From: a virus
DNA length: 64,000 bases
Virus record (IMG/VR): IMGVR_UViG_3300020045_002314
Location: 26,193-90,192 of that record
Reading direction: 5' to 3' (one strand)
This document shows positions 19,917-30,719 of the stretch, one piece after another; position 1 is the first letter of the stretch; the number at the start of each line of letters is the position of its first letter. The translations under genes and the position numbers were made by a program. Below the pieces are notes generated by a model. The model saw only the letters and a list, made by a program, of their open reading frames with translations, was not told the DNA's origin and did no database searches.

Positions 19917-21066
19917 AATCTCTAACTATTATAAAATTACTATGAAAAGGTACTTTTTTACTACTACTACGTTCATAATAAGATACTGTACCAAGTTTAC
20001 CACGAACTTCATTACGGTCGTTATATAATTTTAACTTTCTATCATTACTCCATTCTTTTACTAAGTCACCTGGAATAGATATAAATGTTTCATTATTAAT
20101 ATCATTTTTAAGTAATACTTTAACAACTTCTACACCGTTCTTATTACCTTCATATATAACATCTATAATTCTAAATTCAGAATCTTTTAATTTTTTAAAT
20201 TTATACATTCTAGAATCACGTTTACCATAATTATATTCAGTATATAAACTACGTATTATTAAACCTTCATATTTTAAGTCTATAAACTTATCTCTTAATT
20301 CAACAAGTTCATCTAATGTTATTAAAGTTTCTAATAATAATGGTAATGAATATATTTTAGGTGAGAAGTTAAAAAACAATCTATTTAATAATAACAATCT
20401 TAATATTTGTGGTAATGGTATATCTAAATTTAAATCATATAATACATAATCAATATGTTTAGAATCACCTGTATGTTTATAAGGAATACCTGTTGTACTA
20501 GAAATTAAAGGTACACAATTTTTAATATCTGTTAGTGAATATCCATGTTTATAGAATTCTCCATCTAATTCAATATTAAATTTAAGTTTATTATATACAG
20601 TTGTTAATAATAAATCTTCTATAACTGGCATATAATATTCATTACCTTCTTTAGTATTAAATATTAATTTATATTCAGGGTCGAATAAACCTACTGTTGT
20701 TTGTTTAACTTTTCTAGTTTTACAACGTACACCATTTAATTTATATTGATATGCATATGCAAATTCATTTAATTGTTTATGAATTAGCATTAAAGGATTA
20801 TACTTTTTTGCTAACATTGGGAGTTTTATATTTTCTACATTATTTATATAAGGTTTACTAAAATCTAATTCATCTATAGATTCTGTAGTTAACCATTTAC
20901 CATGTTTAAAATATAATTCTAAATCAGAAGTAATTCTTTTATTACATGGTACAAAGAAGTTTTGTAAATGTAATAATACATCTTTAGAATTATTTATAAT
21001 TACAAATAATTCTCTCTCGATATTTACACATATAGCAATATCTTTTGTAGTCTTATAATAATACAT
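19909..21066 (-). CDS. ATP-dependent DNA ligase
   Basis: PMLA, QYKLNGVRC (motif I), LDGEFY, YEGLIIR, YKFK, and a C-terminal OB-fold ending in VRDYE. Confidence 0.85.
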   Translation of the reverse strand: MYYYKTTKDIAICVNIERELFVIINNSKDVLLHLQNFFVPCNKRITSDLELYFKHGKWLTTESIDELDFSKPYINNVENIKLPMLAKKYNPLMLIHKQLNEFAYAYQYKLNGVRCKTRKVKQTTVGLFDPEYKLIFNTKEGNEYYMPVIEDLLLTTVYNKLKFNIELDGEFYKHGYSLTDIKNCVPLISSTTGIPYKHTGDSKHIDYVLYDLNLDIPLPQILRLLLLNRLFFNFSPKIYSLPLLLETLITLDELVELRDKFIDLKYEGLIIRSLYTEYNYGKRDSRMYKFKKLKDSEFRIIDVIYEGNKNGVEVVKVLLKNDINNETFISIPGDLVKEWSNDRKLKLYNDRNEVRGKLGTVSYYERSSSKKVPFHSNFIIVRDYE

Positions 21067-21613
21067 CTTCTGATTCTTTTATAGTATTTAAATTAATAAA
21101 TAACATATGAGTATATCTTGATTCTAAACTATGTAATACATTTTTAAGTACACTGTTAGCATCTTCAAACTTTATTAAAGATTTATTTATATGAAATTTA
21201 TTTTTAATAATATCAAAATAACTTTTACAAGGTCTGTCATTAACATCTTGCATAAAAACATAAGGTAAATGTTTAAAACCATCCATTATATTTTTATCTT
21301 TAACTGTTCCATCACCTATTATACTATTTTGAGTAAAATAATATTTATTATAAAAATCTTTAATAGGTAATTCATTATCTTCTTTAATATTTTCATATTC
21401 TTCTTTAGTTATTAGAAGTAATATAATTTTAATATCTATATGGTGTATTTGAAATCTTCCATATTTAGGATTACGTACATATAGAAATGTTTCATCACCA
21501 TTTTCTATTTGTAAAACATCTGATTTATCAGACAATATTGTATCAGGGGTAAAATAACTAAAGTTGTATGCTTTAGGATATTTTGTTTGTAATAAGTTTA
21601 CTAGGTGTTTCAT
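21053..21613 (-). CDS. Hypothetical protein
   Basis: 186-aa ORF between primase and ligase. Confidence 0.6.
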   Translation of the reverse strand: MKHLVNLLQTKYPKAYNFSYFTPDTILSDKSDVLQIENGDETFLYVRNPKYGRFQIHHIDIKIILLLITKEEYENIKEDNELPIKDFYNKYYFTQNSIIGDGTVKDKNIMDGFKHLPYVFMQDVNDRPCKSYFDIIKNKFHINKSLIKFEDANSVLKNVLHSLESRYTHMLFINLNTIKESEDVLL

Positions 21614-22826
21614 AATAATTAATTATTAATTTATAAAGTTTATCAACATATCTAAATCCTTTTACTTTGAATAAATCAGCAATATCTTTTAAACCTTTAA
21701 AATAAGGTCTATATTTATAATTTACACAAAAGGATGTAAAATCCATAACATCTAAATCCTTATTTAGAAGTTTTGCAGTTTTATTTACAATAGAAGTTAT
21801 TTCACTATATGTAAATATAATATTTTCAAATTTTAATCCATTAATATATAGTAATATTAAATTAGGGTCTAACATCTTATAATAAAATCCAGTTAATAAA
21901 CCTTGTTTATCATAATCTAAAACCATAATTGTTTTCTTATCACTATATAATTGTTCATTGTTGTAGTCTAAACTATTTAAAATAATTGATTCAGACTGTA
22001 ATACTTTGATGTTTAAGTTTTTCTCTAAACCCCCATAGAAAGATAAGGTAGAAGTTAGGATACGTTCTTTTTGAGATTTTACATATATAATTCTATCACA
22101 ATAATAATTTTTATTATCTTCTATTGGAGAATGTCCATTAGTAATAAATCTTACAACATTTTTTACTTTTAATCTATCAGGAAAATAAGCTTTTATTATA
22201 TCTATATTATGTTCATCTTTACCTAAATAATAAACATAACATCTATCTTTAAGTCTATATTCATATACTACATTATTAAAAGTACTTATTTTTTTAACAA
22301 CATATACTTTACTATTAAATAATGTATCTAGTAAAACTTTACTAAATTCTTTATCATTTGAATATTGATGCCAATACATAAAGTCATGAGTTGTCCAATC
22401 TTTTAGTTCTATAAAATATTGTATTGTTTTTTGTTCAGTTATAACTTTATTTTTAACTGTAATAGACCTTGTAAGTTTACTATTATTTTCTTTATTAAAT
22501 ACTAATGAATTTATAATATCGTTACATACATATACAAAATCTTCTTTATTATAAATATTCTTATTTAATGTCAATGCAGCAATGTCATAACAATCACCAT
22601 TATATATACTACAAGCAAAATCTTTACATCTTAGTTTTATACCATATTTAGTATTTTGTAATTTAAAACCTAAAGATGGTTTTTTATCATCTCTTAATGG
22701 ATTACGTATTTTGTTAAGTGTATTTTCTAAACAGTATTCAATATCAGCTATATCTACTCTCATATAATGAGTAAATATATCAAATTGACTTACGCCTGAA
22801 TCTTCAATTAATTTTATTAATGACAT
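21573..22826 (-). CDS. DNA primase (crAss-like DnaG/TOPRIM type)
   Basis: N-terminal NPLRDDKKPS...KDFA...GDC, TOPRIM-like KSQKE and DYDKQG, C-terminal KDIAD. Confidence 0.75.
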   Translation of the reverse strand: MSLIKLIEDSGVSQFDIFTHYMRVDIADIEYCLENTLNKIRNPLRDDKKPSLGFKLQNTKYGIKLRCKDFACSIYNGDCYDIAALTLNKNIYNKEDFVYVCNDIINSLVFNKENNSKLTRSITVKNKVITEQKTIQYFIELKDWTTHDFMYWHQYSNDKEFSKVLLDTLFNSKVYVVKKISTFNNVVYEYRLKDRCYVYYLGKDEHNIDIIKAYFPDRLKVKNVVRFITNGHSPIEDNKNYYCDRIIYVKSQKERILTSTLSFYGGLEKNLNIKVLQSESIILNSLDYNNEQLYSDKKTIMVLDYDKQGLLTGFYYKMLDPNLILLYINGLKFENIIFTYSEITSIVNKTAKLLNKDLDVMDFTSFCVNYKYRPYFKGLKDIADLFKVKGFRYVDKLYKLIINYYETPSKLITNKIS

Positions 22827-22838
22827 ATTAAATAGATA

Positions 22839-22874
22839 TAAAAAAAGGGCTATAAATTAATATAACCCTTTTTT
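22839..22874 (-). terminator. Intrinsic terminator
   Basis: AAAAAAGGG...CCCTTTTTT hairpin downstream of 22889..23650. Confidence 0.7.
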
Positions 22875-22888
22875 AAAATTAGAAACAA

Positions 22889-23650
22889 TTAAACATCGTC
22901 AATGTTTACGTTTCCACGTGGTTTAGAAGCTGCAATATCATCACCTGCGGAAGGATTGACTTTTACATAAGTAATTGCTTCGTTTGCATATACTTCTAAA
23001 CTTGTAACTAGGCGTGTGCCATTCATTACTAACGGTTCAATAAAACCTTTACCTACGAAATTAGGGAATTCAAATTTATTATTTAAACTACCATCTTTTT
23101 TCTTAGCATAAATTAATTTCATGATTTGTTTTTTACCTGTAAAGATAGGATTACCATCTGTACCTTTATTAAAGTAATTTACAAATGCTTCATAAAATGC
23201 TTTAAAACTAGCTAATCTTTCAGCAGCAGGTAAACTAAAATCAATATCAGGAATAACAACTTTAGCATTATAATTAGCTACAGCTTTGTAACTACTTAAA
23301 ATATGCATAAGTCTTTTGTATTGTTCCATCATAAGTGATTCCAATTTATCATCTTCAATAGGTTCACCTGCGTTTGTAACTGCTACGATAGGATTTTCAA
23401 TATGTTTATAGATACGGTCACGACCATCTACATTTTGTTTGAACTCGATTAGAATAGATGATACATTCATACCATGATATTCATAATCTTCTTTACTATC
23501 TGTTGATAGTTTTTCAATAAGTTCTACACGTTTGATAGTTCCACTACAAAGATTATTTAATTCAGGTTGTGCTTTAAAACCTAATACCTGTACTACTTCT
23601 TCTTCTGTATTAAAACTAATACGTTTCTTGTTTTCAACTGTTTTTGCCAT
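22889..23650 (-). CDS. Replication-module protein, putative ssDNA-binding protein
   Basis: 253 aa between recombinase-like gene and primase, with an acidic C-terminus; function inferred from position. Confidence 0.4.
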   Translation of the reverse strand: MAKTVENKKRISFNTEEEVVQVLGFKAQPELNNLCSGTIKRVELIEKLSTDSKEDYEYHGMNVSSILIEFKQNVDGRDRIYKHIENPIVAVTNAGEPIEDDKLESLMMEQYKRLMHILSSYKAVANYNAKVVIPDIDFSLPAAERLASFKAFYEAFVNYFNKGTDGNPIFTGKKQIMKLIYAKKKDGSLNNKFEFPNFVGKGFIEPLVMNGTRLVTSLEVYANEAITYVKVNPSAGDDIAASKPRGNVNIDDV

Positions 23651-23697
23651 ACTATGTTAATTTAAAATTATTGATGTTTGATTAAGTGATAAAAATA

Positions 23698-23727
23698 AAG
23701 TGTAGTATTATTACAATACTACACTCT
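23698..23727 (-). terminator. Intrinsic terminator-like hairpin
   Basis: AGTGTAGTATT-attac-AATACTACACT inverted repeat. Confidence 0.65.
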
Positions 23728-23743
23728 AAACTAAAAATGGTGA

Positions 23744-24304
23744 TTAATCTTCTGCTACGTCATTATCTTCATCCATATCTACAACTTCGTCAGTTGTATC
23801 TACAGTTACATCAGCGTTTTCTTTTGCAGTTCTACGAGTTACAGCTTTTTGAGTACGTTCTGTCAACATAAACATTTCAACTGTTTCACCTTCGTAAGTA
23901 AATGTACCTACACTTACTGGTTTGTATGTAAGAGCAAATGCTAATACATCTTTATCTAAAAGAACTCCTAGTTCTTGAAGAATTTCAATACCACCTTTTA
24001 CACATTTTGGGTCGTCACTAAAGAATGGTGCAAATCCACCTGCGTATGTAAATGTATATTTTGTACCTGCAAGAGTAAGTTTAGCACCTATTTCTCCTGT
24101 TGTTTTATATACAAAAAACTTATCGTTTAAGCCTTCTGCATCTTCATTGTAGATGATACGTACTTTATCACCTTTTTCTAAACCCATTATTTTAGCAGCA
24201 GGTTCATTAATTTCAAAACGATTGAAACTAGATGTTGCTTTGAAAATTGGATTTGTTTCTACTGGTTTTTGACCTGGTGTAATTGAACCGAAATTAAAAT
24301 TCAT
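23744..24304 (-). CDS. Hypothetical replication protein with acidic tail
   Basis: 186 aa ending DEVVDMDEDNDVAED. Confidence 0.55.
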   Translation of the reverse strand: MNFNFGSITPGQKPVETNPIFKATSSFNRFEINEPAAKIMGLEKGDKVRIIYNEDAEGLNDKFFVYKTTGEIGAKLTLAGTKYTFTYAGGFAPFFSDDPKCVKGGIEILQELGVLLDKDVLAFALTYKPVSVGTFTYEGETVEMFMLTERTQKAVTRRTAKENADVTVDTTDEVVDMDEDNDVAED

Positions 24305-24357
24305 AATACTTGTTGTTTTTAATTGTTAATAAAAAATTGTTAGTTAAAAAATTGTTA

Positions 24358-25299
24358 TTATTTATCCGTTTGTATAGGATTTCCTGTTTTGTCTAATATA
24401 GTTGTTACACTACCTGTTTCTGGATTTACATCATAATTTCTACCTTCTAAATCTAATAATTCAGAATAGTCATAAACTCCCATTAATAAATCACTAGCTA
24501 TTTCTCTAGAACCATATGTAAAAGCTCTTGTAGCAATCATTAAAGATGTGTATTTAGTCCAGGGGGAGTACGCATTACTAGGATATAAACCAGCTTGTTT
24601 AGCATCGTTTAAACTAAATCTACCATATTTAACATCTGTATACCAAGTACCATCTATGTCTTGTTTCTTACGAGTAAATGTATATTCTGTTAAATAATCA
24701 TATATTAGTCCATTGCCTTTATCGTCTTTATCTAAGAATACAACTGGGTAATTACCATCTGCTATAACTCTTGATACTACAGCTTCATTATCTTTAAACT
24801 TATCTATAACAAAATAATTACTAGGTACATTAGTAGAATCATGTTGTATTAATTCTACACCACGTTTATGTAAATATCTATAAATAGGTTGATAATTTCG
24901 TGTACATTCAAATCGTACACCTGCGGATGGTTTAGTAAGTAATGCTTTTACTATATGAATATCTATACCTGTTTTACCATTTATTAAATGTATATGAGGT
25001 AAAGCATTAGCAAATCCTATATTTAATTCTTTAGCTTTTAATAAAACTAAAGCACCTTCCCCTACTGTTTTTATACCTGAACTTTTACTACCTACTAAAG
25101 ATTGAATTATATCACCCCAATTAGTAAATGAAAAGTTATTGTTTATAACAGCAACATTTGAAGGACGTTCATCTAATGAATCAGTTTTAATTATTTCTTC
25201 TGCAACTTCTTGAATTGCATCATTAATAATTTCAATATTTTCATTAGGATTTTTAGAGATTTCTCCCTTAGAATCATTATTATTGTTTTCTGTTGACAT
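24358..25299 (-). CDS. RecT/Bet-like single-strand annealing protein
   Basis: KAKELNIGFANAL..IHLINGK and FSLNDAKQAGL...W.KY...M...RA patterns. Confidence 0.6.
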   Translation of the reverse strand: MSTENNNNDSKGEISKNPNENIEIINDAIQEVAEEIIKTDSLDERPSNVAVINNNFSFTNWGDIIQSLVGSKSSGIKTVGEGALVLLKAKELNIGFANALPHIHLINGKTGIDIHIVKALLTKPSAGVRFECTRNYQPIYRYLHKRGVELIQHDSTNVPSNYFVIDKFKDNEAVVSRVIADGNYPVVFLDKDDKGNGLIYDYLTEYTFTRKKQDIDGTWYTDVKYGRFSLNDAKQAGLYPSNAYSPWTKYTSLMIATRAFTYGSREIASDLLMGVYDYSELLDLEGRNYDVNPETGSVTTILDKTGNPIQTDK

Positions 25300-25320
25300 T
25301 TTTAATAAATGATTAGGTTA

Positions 25321-25353
25321 CAAAGATAATAAATTTATAGTAGTAAATGCAAA
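25321..25353 (-). promoter_or_regulatory. Bacteroidota housekeeping-sigma promoter
   Basis: Minus strand TTTG-N21-TATCTTTG matches the -33/-7 consensus TTTG/TAnnTTTG, 21 nt upstream of the 25299 start. Confidence 0.7.
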
Positions 25354-26928
25354 TTAATCAAGGATTATTTCAGAAATACTTTTTATGTATTGTGGTGGAT
25401 AACTATTTTCCTTTTGTCTAGTTTGTAATTTAACTTTATCCCTAGATGAATATTTAACATCATCATTAGTAAAGTCATCAAAATAAACATTTACAATACC
25501 TACAGTTTCATTTTCATTAAAAGGATTAATAGTATTTACTCTATTCTTACGTTGTTTATATGAAACTGGATTAGTACTACCACTACCTACAATTGCAAAA
25601 TTCATATCTGCAATATCTAAACCTTCATCTAATGAATTTACAGTTACTAATATCGAATATTTATTATATTTAAAGCCATCTATTGTTAAATTTCTAAGAC
25701 TTGTTTTACCAAACATCTTAGGTTTACCAATATTATTACCTGTTTTATAACATATAATCTCTCCATTATCATCTTTTAATACTGTAGATTCTATCTTAGA
25801 ATGAAAGCATATAGCTTTATTACCATGTCGACTATTTATCATATCAGTAATATAATTTGCAGTAGGGATACTACCACAAAATATAATTATCTTTTTATCA
25901 ATAAATGTATCTACTAATTCTAATATAGCTAATTTTTTAGTTATTGAATCATTTATAATACTATTTCTTTTATCAATATAAAATTTAAATTTATCACTTC
26001 GAGTTTCAATATATAAAGGATTAAATATATCATTTATTGTTTTATTATATTGTGTATCTAATGGTAAATCTTTATGCCAACCTTTTGTATAAGCAATCAT
26101 TTTACGTACTTTATCAGGTTTGATAAAATAATTTAAATGTTCTACCCAATAACCTGATTGACATTTTATTAATAATTCAAAAGTATTTTTAAATTGTATC
26201 TTACTACTTTGTAATCCAACTTGTGTATTAAAGTCCCATGTAATATTTTGCATTTCTGCATTAACAGAATCAAATAATTTTAATGTTTCTGTAATATATT
26301 CAGTGTATTTAATATAAGCTAATTCTTCATCTTCTGAAAAATTAATTCTATAATTAAATTCTTTATAGTTAGAAATCCATTTATTCTTTCTAGCATCTTC
26401 TTCAGTTATAACATCTATAATAGGATATACTTTATAAAATTCTTCATTATCTTTAACAGGTGGTAATGTACCACTTAATCCTATTATAGACAATCTTAAT
26501 TTTCTTACAATATTTCCTAATTCAATTATAAAATTATAAGCATCTTCACTAGTATATTTATGAATTTCATCTAATATATACATATCAGATTCAGATACTT
26601 CAAAACTATTATCTTTATATTTATTTAATATAGTATTAATAGTATATACTTTAAAGTTATGTATTTGATATTCATAAGGGACTGTATTATTATAAAATAA
26701 TATACTATCTTCCCATTGGTGTAATAATACTTCTTTAGATACAATTATACGAATATTAAATGTATCTGTATAACTTTTATCTATTTTAAATTTAGAAGCA
26801 CATTTTAAGGCAGTTAACGTCTTACCAAAACGAGGTACATAATCAAATATACCTATGTAATTTAGTTCAACATATCTTGCGACACCCCTTGATTGTCGCA
26901 TTGTTTTCGATTCTATTTCATAGTTCAT
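25354..26928 (-). CDS. Superfamily 2 helicase
   Basis: PRFGKT (Walker A), LDEIH, GLSGT, SLDEGLD, QRKNR. Confidence 0.85.
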   Translation of the reverse strand: MNYEIESKTMRQSRGVARYVELNYIGIFDYVPRFGKTLTALKCASKFKIDKSYTDTFNIRIIVSKEVLLHQWEDSILFYNNTVPYEYQIHNFKVYTINTILNKYKDNSFEVSESDMYILDEIHKYTSEDAYNFIIELGNIVRKLRLSIIGLSGTLPPVKDNEEFYKVYPIIDVITEEDARKNKWISNYKEFNYRINFSEDEELAYIKYTEYITETLKLFDSVNAEMQNITWDFNTQVGLQSSKIQFKNTFELLIKCQSGYWVEHLNYFIKPDKVRKMIAYTKGWHKDLPLDTQYNKTINDIFNPLYIETRSDKFKFYIDKRNSIINDSITKKLAILELVDTFIDKKIIIFCGSIPTANYITDMINSRHGNKAICFHSKIESTVLKDDNGEIICYKTGNNIGKPKMFGKTSLRNLTIDGFKYNKYSILVTVNSLDEGLDIADMNFAIVGSGSTNPVSYKQRKNRVNTINPFNENETVGIVNVYFDDFTNDDVKYSSRDKVKLQTRQKENSYPPQYIKSISEIILD

Positions 26929-26933
26929 TGTTT

Positions 26934-29027
26934 TTAGTCAAAAAGTGTACCACTTCTAGCATTTTGTTTTTTGTTTGAATTTTTAAGTTTCTTAGTAATT
27001 AAATTGTGAATATCATCAATTATATCTTGTGTTTGTTTTATATAAAATAAATAATTAATATTATAATCTTTAAAATCATCATATAATATTAAATCATTCA
27101 TAATTGTAACATATTGTTTTTTTAATAATGAGGAACTACGTTCTTTATTATCACCTAATGATTTACTTTTTATTAATACACTACCTGATTTACTTGCATA
27201 AAATCTAATAGTATGTTGTAATTCATATTCATTAATTAATACTTCATCTTCACCAAAATTAATAAGATTTATTTCTTTAGGAGAATAACCACGACCTATC
27301 TTTTGTGCTATAAAAAAATCATGTATATCTTTATGATTTTTAATAGTATCTATAATAGGTTTATTGTTTACAAAGTACTCATATAAGGCTATAGAGATAA
27401 TAGGCATATTATATCCTTTTTTAAGATAATCATGTAATTTAGTTTTATCTTTTGTAAAGATACCTTTTTCTTTTACACTATCATCTTCTTTAATTGCAAT
27501 ATAATTATTTACATCTCTACCAATATATTTTTTATATTTAACAAATTCTAATTCATAATCTAAATATTCAGACCATTTATTACAAATAGAATAATATAAT
27601 TCAGCTTTATCTTTAGGTACTTTAGATAAAATACCATCTGTATTTGCAGATATGACTTGAAATCCATTTTCTGTTAATTCTTCAACTAACATCATAAGTG
27701 ATAATTGTCCTGTAATTGTTACCGCATACATTATTTTCATATCATAAAATGGAGAATATTCATCACCAAGTTTACCAAAAATAATATTAACAACAATCTT
27801 AAGAATATCTGCTTTTGAGGATAAATCTGTTCTTGTAGCTTCGTCTAAAGTTCTATCTTTAGCTTTATGTTTACTATCTAATCTTTCATCTCTTATTAAT
27901 TTTACAGTAGGTACAAAATACTTTTTAGGTATATGTTCAGGAGATAATCCATTATTAATAATAATTGTAGGATAATAGGAACTAACATCAGCATCTATTA
28001 TATCAAATTCATCTGTTGCTGTTATAATTTTAGGTCTATCTTCTGAATGGATACCACCTGTTGCAAAATTATATTTAACGTCATTATGTATAAATGATAA
28101 TGTAAATCTTTTTTTAGAACCTACTCTAATAGTTGTATTAAATATTGTACTAAATAATTCTTTAAATTTATCTGTTCTAAAAACAATAAGAAAAGGAATT
28201 ATATCTGAAAACTTAACTGTATATCTTTCAGTTTGTAAATTTCTATCTAATGCTCGTCCACTAATTTGTTTATAATATTTAGCTAATATTTCAGTTGCTA
28301 ATTTACTTCTACTATAACTTTCAGAATATAAACCATATAATTTATTAGCATCTAATCTTGACTTTAATTCTTTATTTCCATAATGTAATAATTTCTTAGT
28401 TATTAATACGTCATTAATATTATAATCTATTACATTACTTATTTCAGTACTACTAAAATTAGATTTAGTATGTTCATATGGTAAATCTTGTATTCTATAA
28501 TGTTTTAATAAAACAGCTATAAATTTAAGACTTACTGTATTAATATGATTTAGTTTCTGTAAATCAACAGTAAAATACTTAGCATTAAATCTACGTATAT
28601 TACCTAATCGTGTATTTATATCCCAACCTTTATCTTTACCTTCAATAATATCATTTGATATACCTTTAATAAAAGTATTAAAGTTTTTCTTACTACATTT
28701 ATCACTACCATAATATAGTAATATAGTATTTAATAGTAAATCATCATAATCATGATTATTATAACCATATAAAGTAATTGGTTGATTTATAAAATCTACT
28801 AATGGTCTTAAATTAAAATTATTCTCTTCTACTATAAATATTTTACCACCTATAGATTCAATGTATTTTATCTTATCGCTAATTAGAAATTCAGAATGTA
28901 CACCATTTACACAAGTATCATATTGTTCATATGTTACTAATTTATCATTAAGTGTTTTACTAGCAGGAATAAATGTAGCTGTAAATAAAGAATTAAAACA
29001 TTCTAAATCATAAACATAAGCACTCAT
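26934..29027 (-). CDS. polB: DNA polymerase family B
   Basis: YDLEC and YNNHDYD exonuclease motifs; DVSSYYP, KIVVNIIFGK, NTDG polymerase motifs. Confidence 0.92.
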   Translation of the reverse strand: MSAYVYDLECFNSLFTATFIPASKTLNDKLVTYEQYDTCVNGVHSEFLISDKIKYIESIGGKIFIVEENNFNLRPLVDFINQPITLYGYNNHDYDDLLLNTILLYYGSDKCSKKNFNTFIKGISNDIIEGKDKGWDINTRLGNIRRFNAKYFTVDLQKLNHINTVSLKFIAVLLKHYRIQDLPYEHTKSNFSSTEISNVIDYNINDVLITKKLLHYGNKELKSRLDANKLYGLYSESYSRSKLATEILAKYYKQISGRALDRNLQTERYTVKFSDIIPFLIVFRTDKFKELFSTIFNTTIRVGSKKRFTLSFIHNDVKYNFATGGIHSEDRPKIITATDEFDIIDADVSSYYPTIIINNGLSPEHIPKKYFVPTVKLIRDERLDSKHKAKDRTLDEATRTDLSSKADILKIVVNIIFGKLGDEYSPFYDMKIMYAVTITGQLSLMMLVEELTENGFQVISANTDGILSKVPKDKAELYYSICNKWSEYLDYELEFVKYKKYIGRDVNNYIAIKEDDSVKEKGIFTKDKTKLHDYLKKGYNMPIISIALYEYFVNNKPIIDTIKNHKDIHDFFIAQKIGRGYSPKEINLINFGEDEVLINEYELQHTIRFYASKSGSVLIKSKSLGDNKERSSSLLKKQYVTIMNDLILYDDFKDYNINYLFYIKQTQDIIDDIHNLITKKLKNSNKKQNARSGTLFD

Positions 29028-29908
29028 TATATAGCTACTTCTAATTCTAGTTTATTAACAATTGTATTAAATGCTAAATTAGGTTTTGTGAATTCAGTAC
29101 CACTTGTAGGAATATAATCTATATTACTAGAATATAACTTAGTAAATCCATTAAATAAACCCCAAGCTGTACTACCTTTTTCTAACATTTCTTTTTGTAT
29201 AGATTTATTTATATCTATTAATTGATTTTGTTTTCTTGTAGATAATTCTGATTTAGTTGGATTACGTAAATAATAATCATATACTTGTTCATCAACATTT
29301 TCTACATTAGCAATAATAGATTGTACAAACTTAGATGTAATAGGTATATTATTCATAGTCTTAAATATTTTAATTAATTCTAATTCATATTTAAGAATAT
29401 TATTAATACCTTCTGTATAATTATTTAGTTTATTTACATTAGTTTCAGTATGTTTAAATCTAGTAGCTTCTTTATAAACTTTATTAAATGTATTTTTACA
29501 ACTAACAACTGTATTAGTTGCAGCGAATCCAATACTCATAGTTCCATCATTAGAATTTAAAATACTAATTCTACGATTAATAATATCTTTATAATTAAAG
29601 TTATAATTTTCAATACCAACTGGTTGTAATAATAATTGTAGATATGTTAACCTACCTTCATCTTGATAACCACCTGTAACAGAATATGGTAGATTTAAAT
29701 CTTTGATAGAGTTTAAAAGTAATTCAATCATGTCTTCATTTTGTAAAGGTTTATATACACCTTTAACAACTCCTAAACATATTTTATCTTTAAATAAACC
29801 AAATGATTTTGAATGTCTATTATCTTCTGTAATTAATGGTAACTTTTCTATTTTCCAATTTAAATTACATTGTGTTAACAATGAATTTTTAATTTCATCA
29901 TATGTCAT
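29027..29908 (-). CDS. DUF932/DUF945-like protein
   Basis: LNW.IEK.PL, LGVV...Y.PLQN, NSNDG, V.C.NTF, TAWGLFNGFT. Confidence 0.75.
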   Translation of the reverse strand: MTYDEIKNSLLTQCNLNWKIEKLPLITEDNRHSKSFGLFKDKICLGVVKGVYKPLQNEDMIELLLNSIKDLNLPYSVTGGYQDEGRLTYLQLLLQPVGIENYNFNYKDIINRRISILNSNDGTMSIGFAATNTVVSCKNTFNKVYKEATRFKHTETNVNKLNNYTEGINNILKYELELIKIFKTMNNIPITSKFVQSIIANVENVDEQVYDYYLRNPTKSELSTRKQNQLIDINKSIQKEMLEKGSTAWGLFNGFTKLYSSNIDYIPTSGTEFTKPNLAFNTIVNKLELEVAI

Positions 29909-30150
29909 ACTTTTAATATTTCGTTAGTTATTTCTTTTATTTCTTTTTCAAATCGTAAAAGATTAGTATCTTTAAAAGTTAACACATACTTATTACGTTT
30001 TGCAAATTCAGAATATTTAATAATATTAGTACTTATTAACTGACTAACTTTTATATCTATATATGTTTTACCAATAGATACTTCAAAATTATTATTAATA
30101 GTTATAATAAAACTAAGTATTTTTGTTTTATCTTTTAATTCTATTTCCAT
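29905..30150 (-). CDS. Hypothetical protein
   Basis: 81-aa ORF overlapping its neighbours' start and stop. Confidence 0.55.
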   Translation of the reverse strand: MEIELKDKTKILSFIITINNNFEVSIGKTYIDIKVSQLISTNIIKYSEFAKRNKYVLTFKDTNLLRFEKEIKEITNEILKV

Positions 30151-30719
30151 AAAGTTTTTAAATATTCATAATCAGTATTAATTTTAGTAGTATAAATATT
30201 ATAAACTTTTTCAAAAAACTTATAATATAAAGAGTGTAAATGAGGATTATTTATAATATACATAGGATGATATATGGTAAATATATATGTACCTTTTTTA
30301 GTTATAAATACTTTGTTTTTATTAAATGAAATCATAGGTTCTTTATTAAATATTGCATTATGTGCTACTCTACCAAGTAATATTATTACTTTAGGTTTAA
30401 GTGTTTCTAATTCTATATTTAATAATTCTGAACAATTTCTTAATTCAACAATAGTAGGTTTTCTATGATTAGGTACTTTACATTTAACTGAATATGTAAA
30501 ATAAATATTAGATAAATTAAATCCTACTTGTGTTAATAAAAGTCTTAAATAAGCAGCTGATTTATTATTAAAATTAATACCTGTTTTATCATCTTGATAA
30601 GATGGACTTTCAGATAAAATTACAATATCAGAATACTTACTATCAGTACTTAGAATAACACAATTTCTATTTCTAGATACATCACACTTTGTACAATTTT
30701 TATAATCAGATAACAACAT
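30141..30719 (-). CDS. Uracil-DNA glycosylase, family 4-like
   Basis: CTKC, ESPS, VKC..P..RKP....C, LLGRVA, YHP. Confidence 0.85.
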   Translation of the reverse strand: MLLSDYKNCTKCDVSRNRNCVILSTDSKYSDIVILSESPSYQDDKTGINFNNKSAAYLRLLLTQVGFNLSNIYFTYSVKCKVPNHRKPTIVELRNCSELLNIELETLKPKVIILLGRVAHNAIFNKEPMISFNKNKVFITKKGTYIFTIYHPMYIINNPHLHSLYYKFFEKVYNIYTTKINTDYEYLKTLWK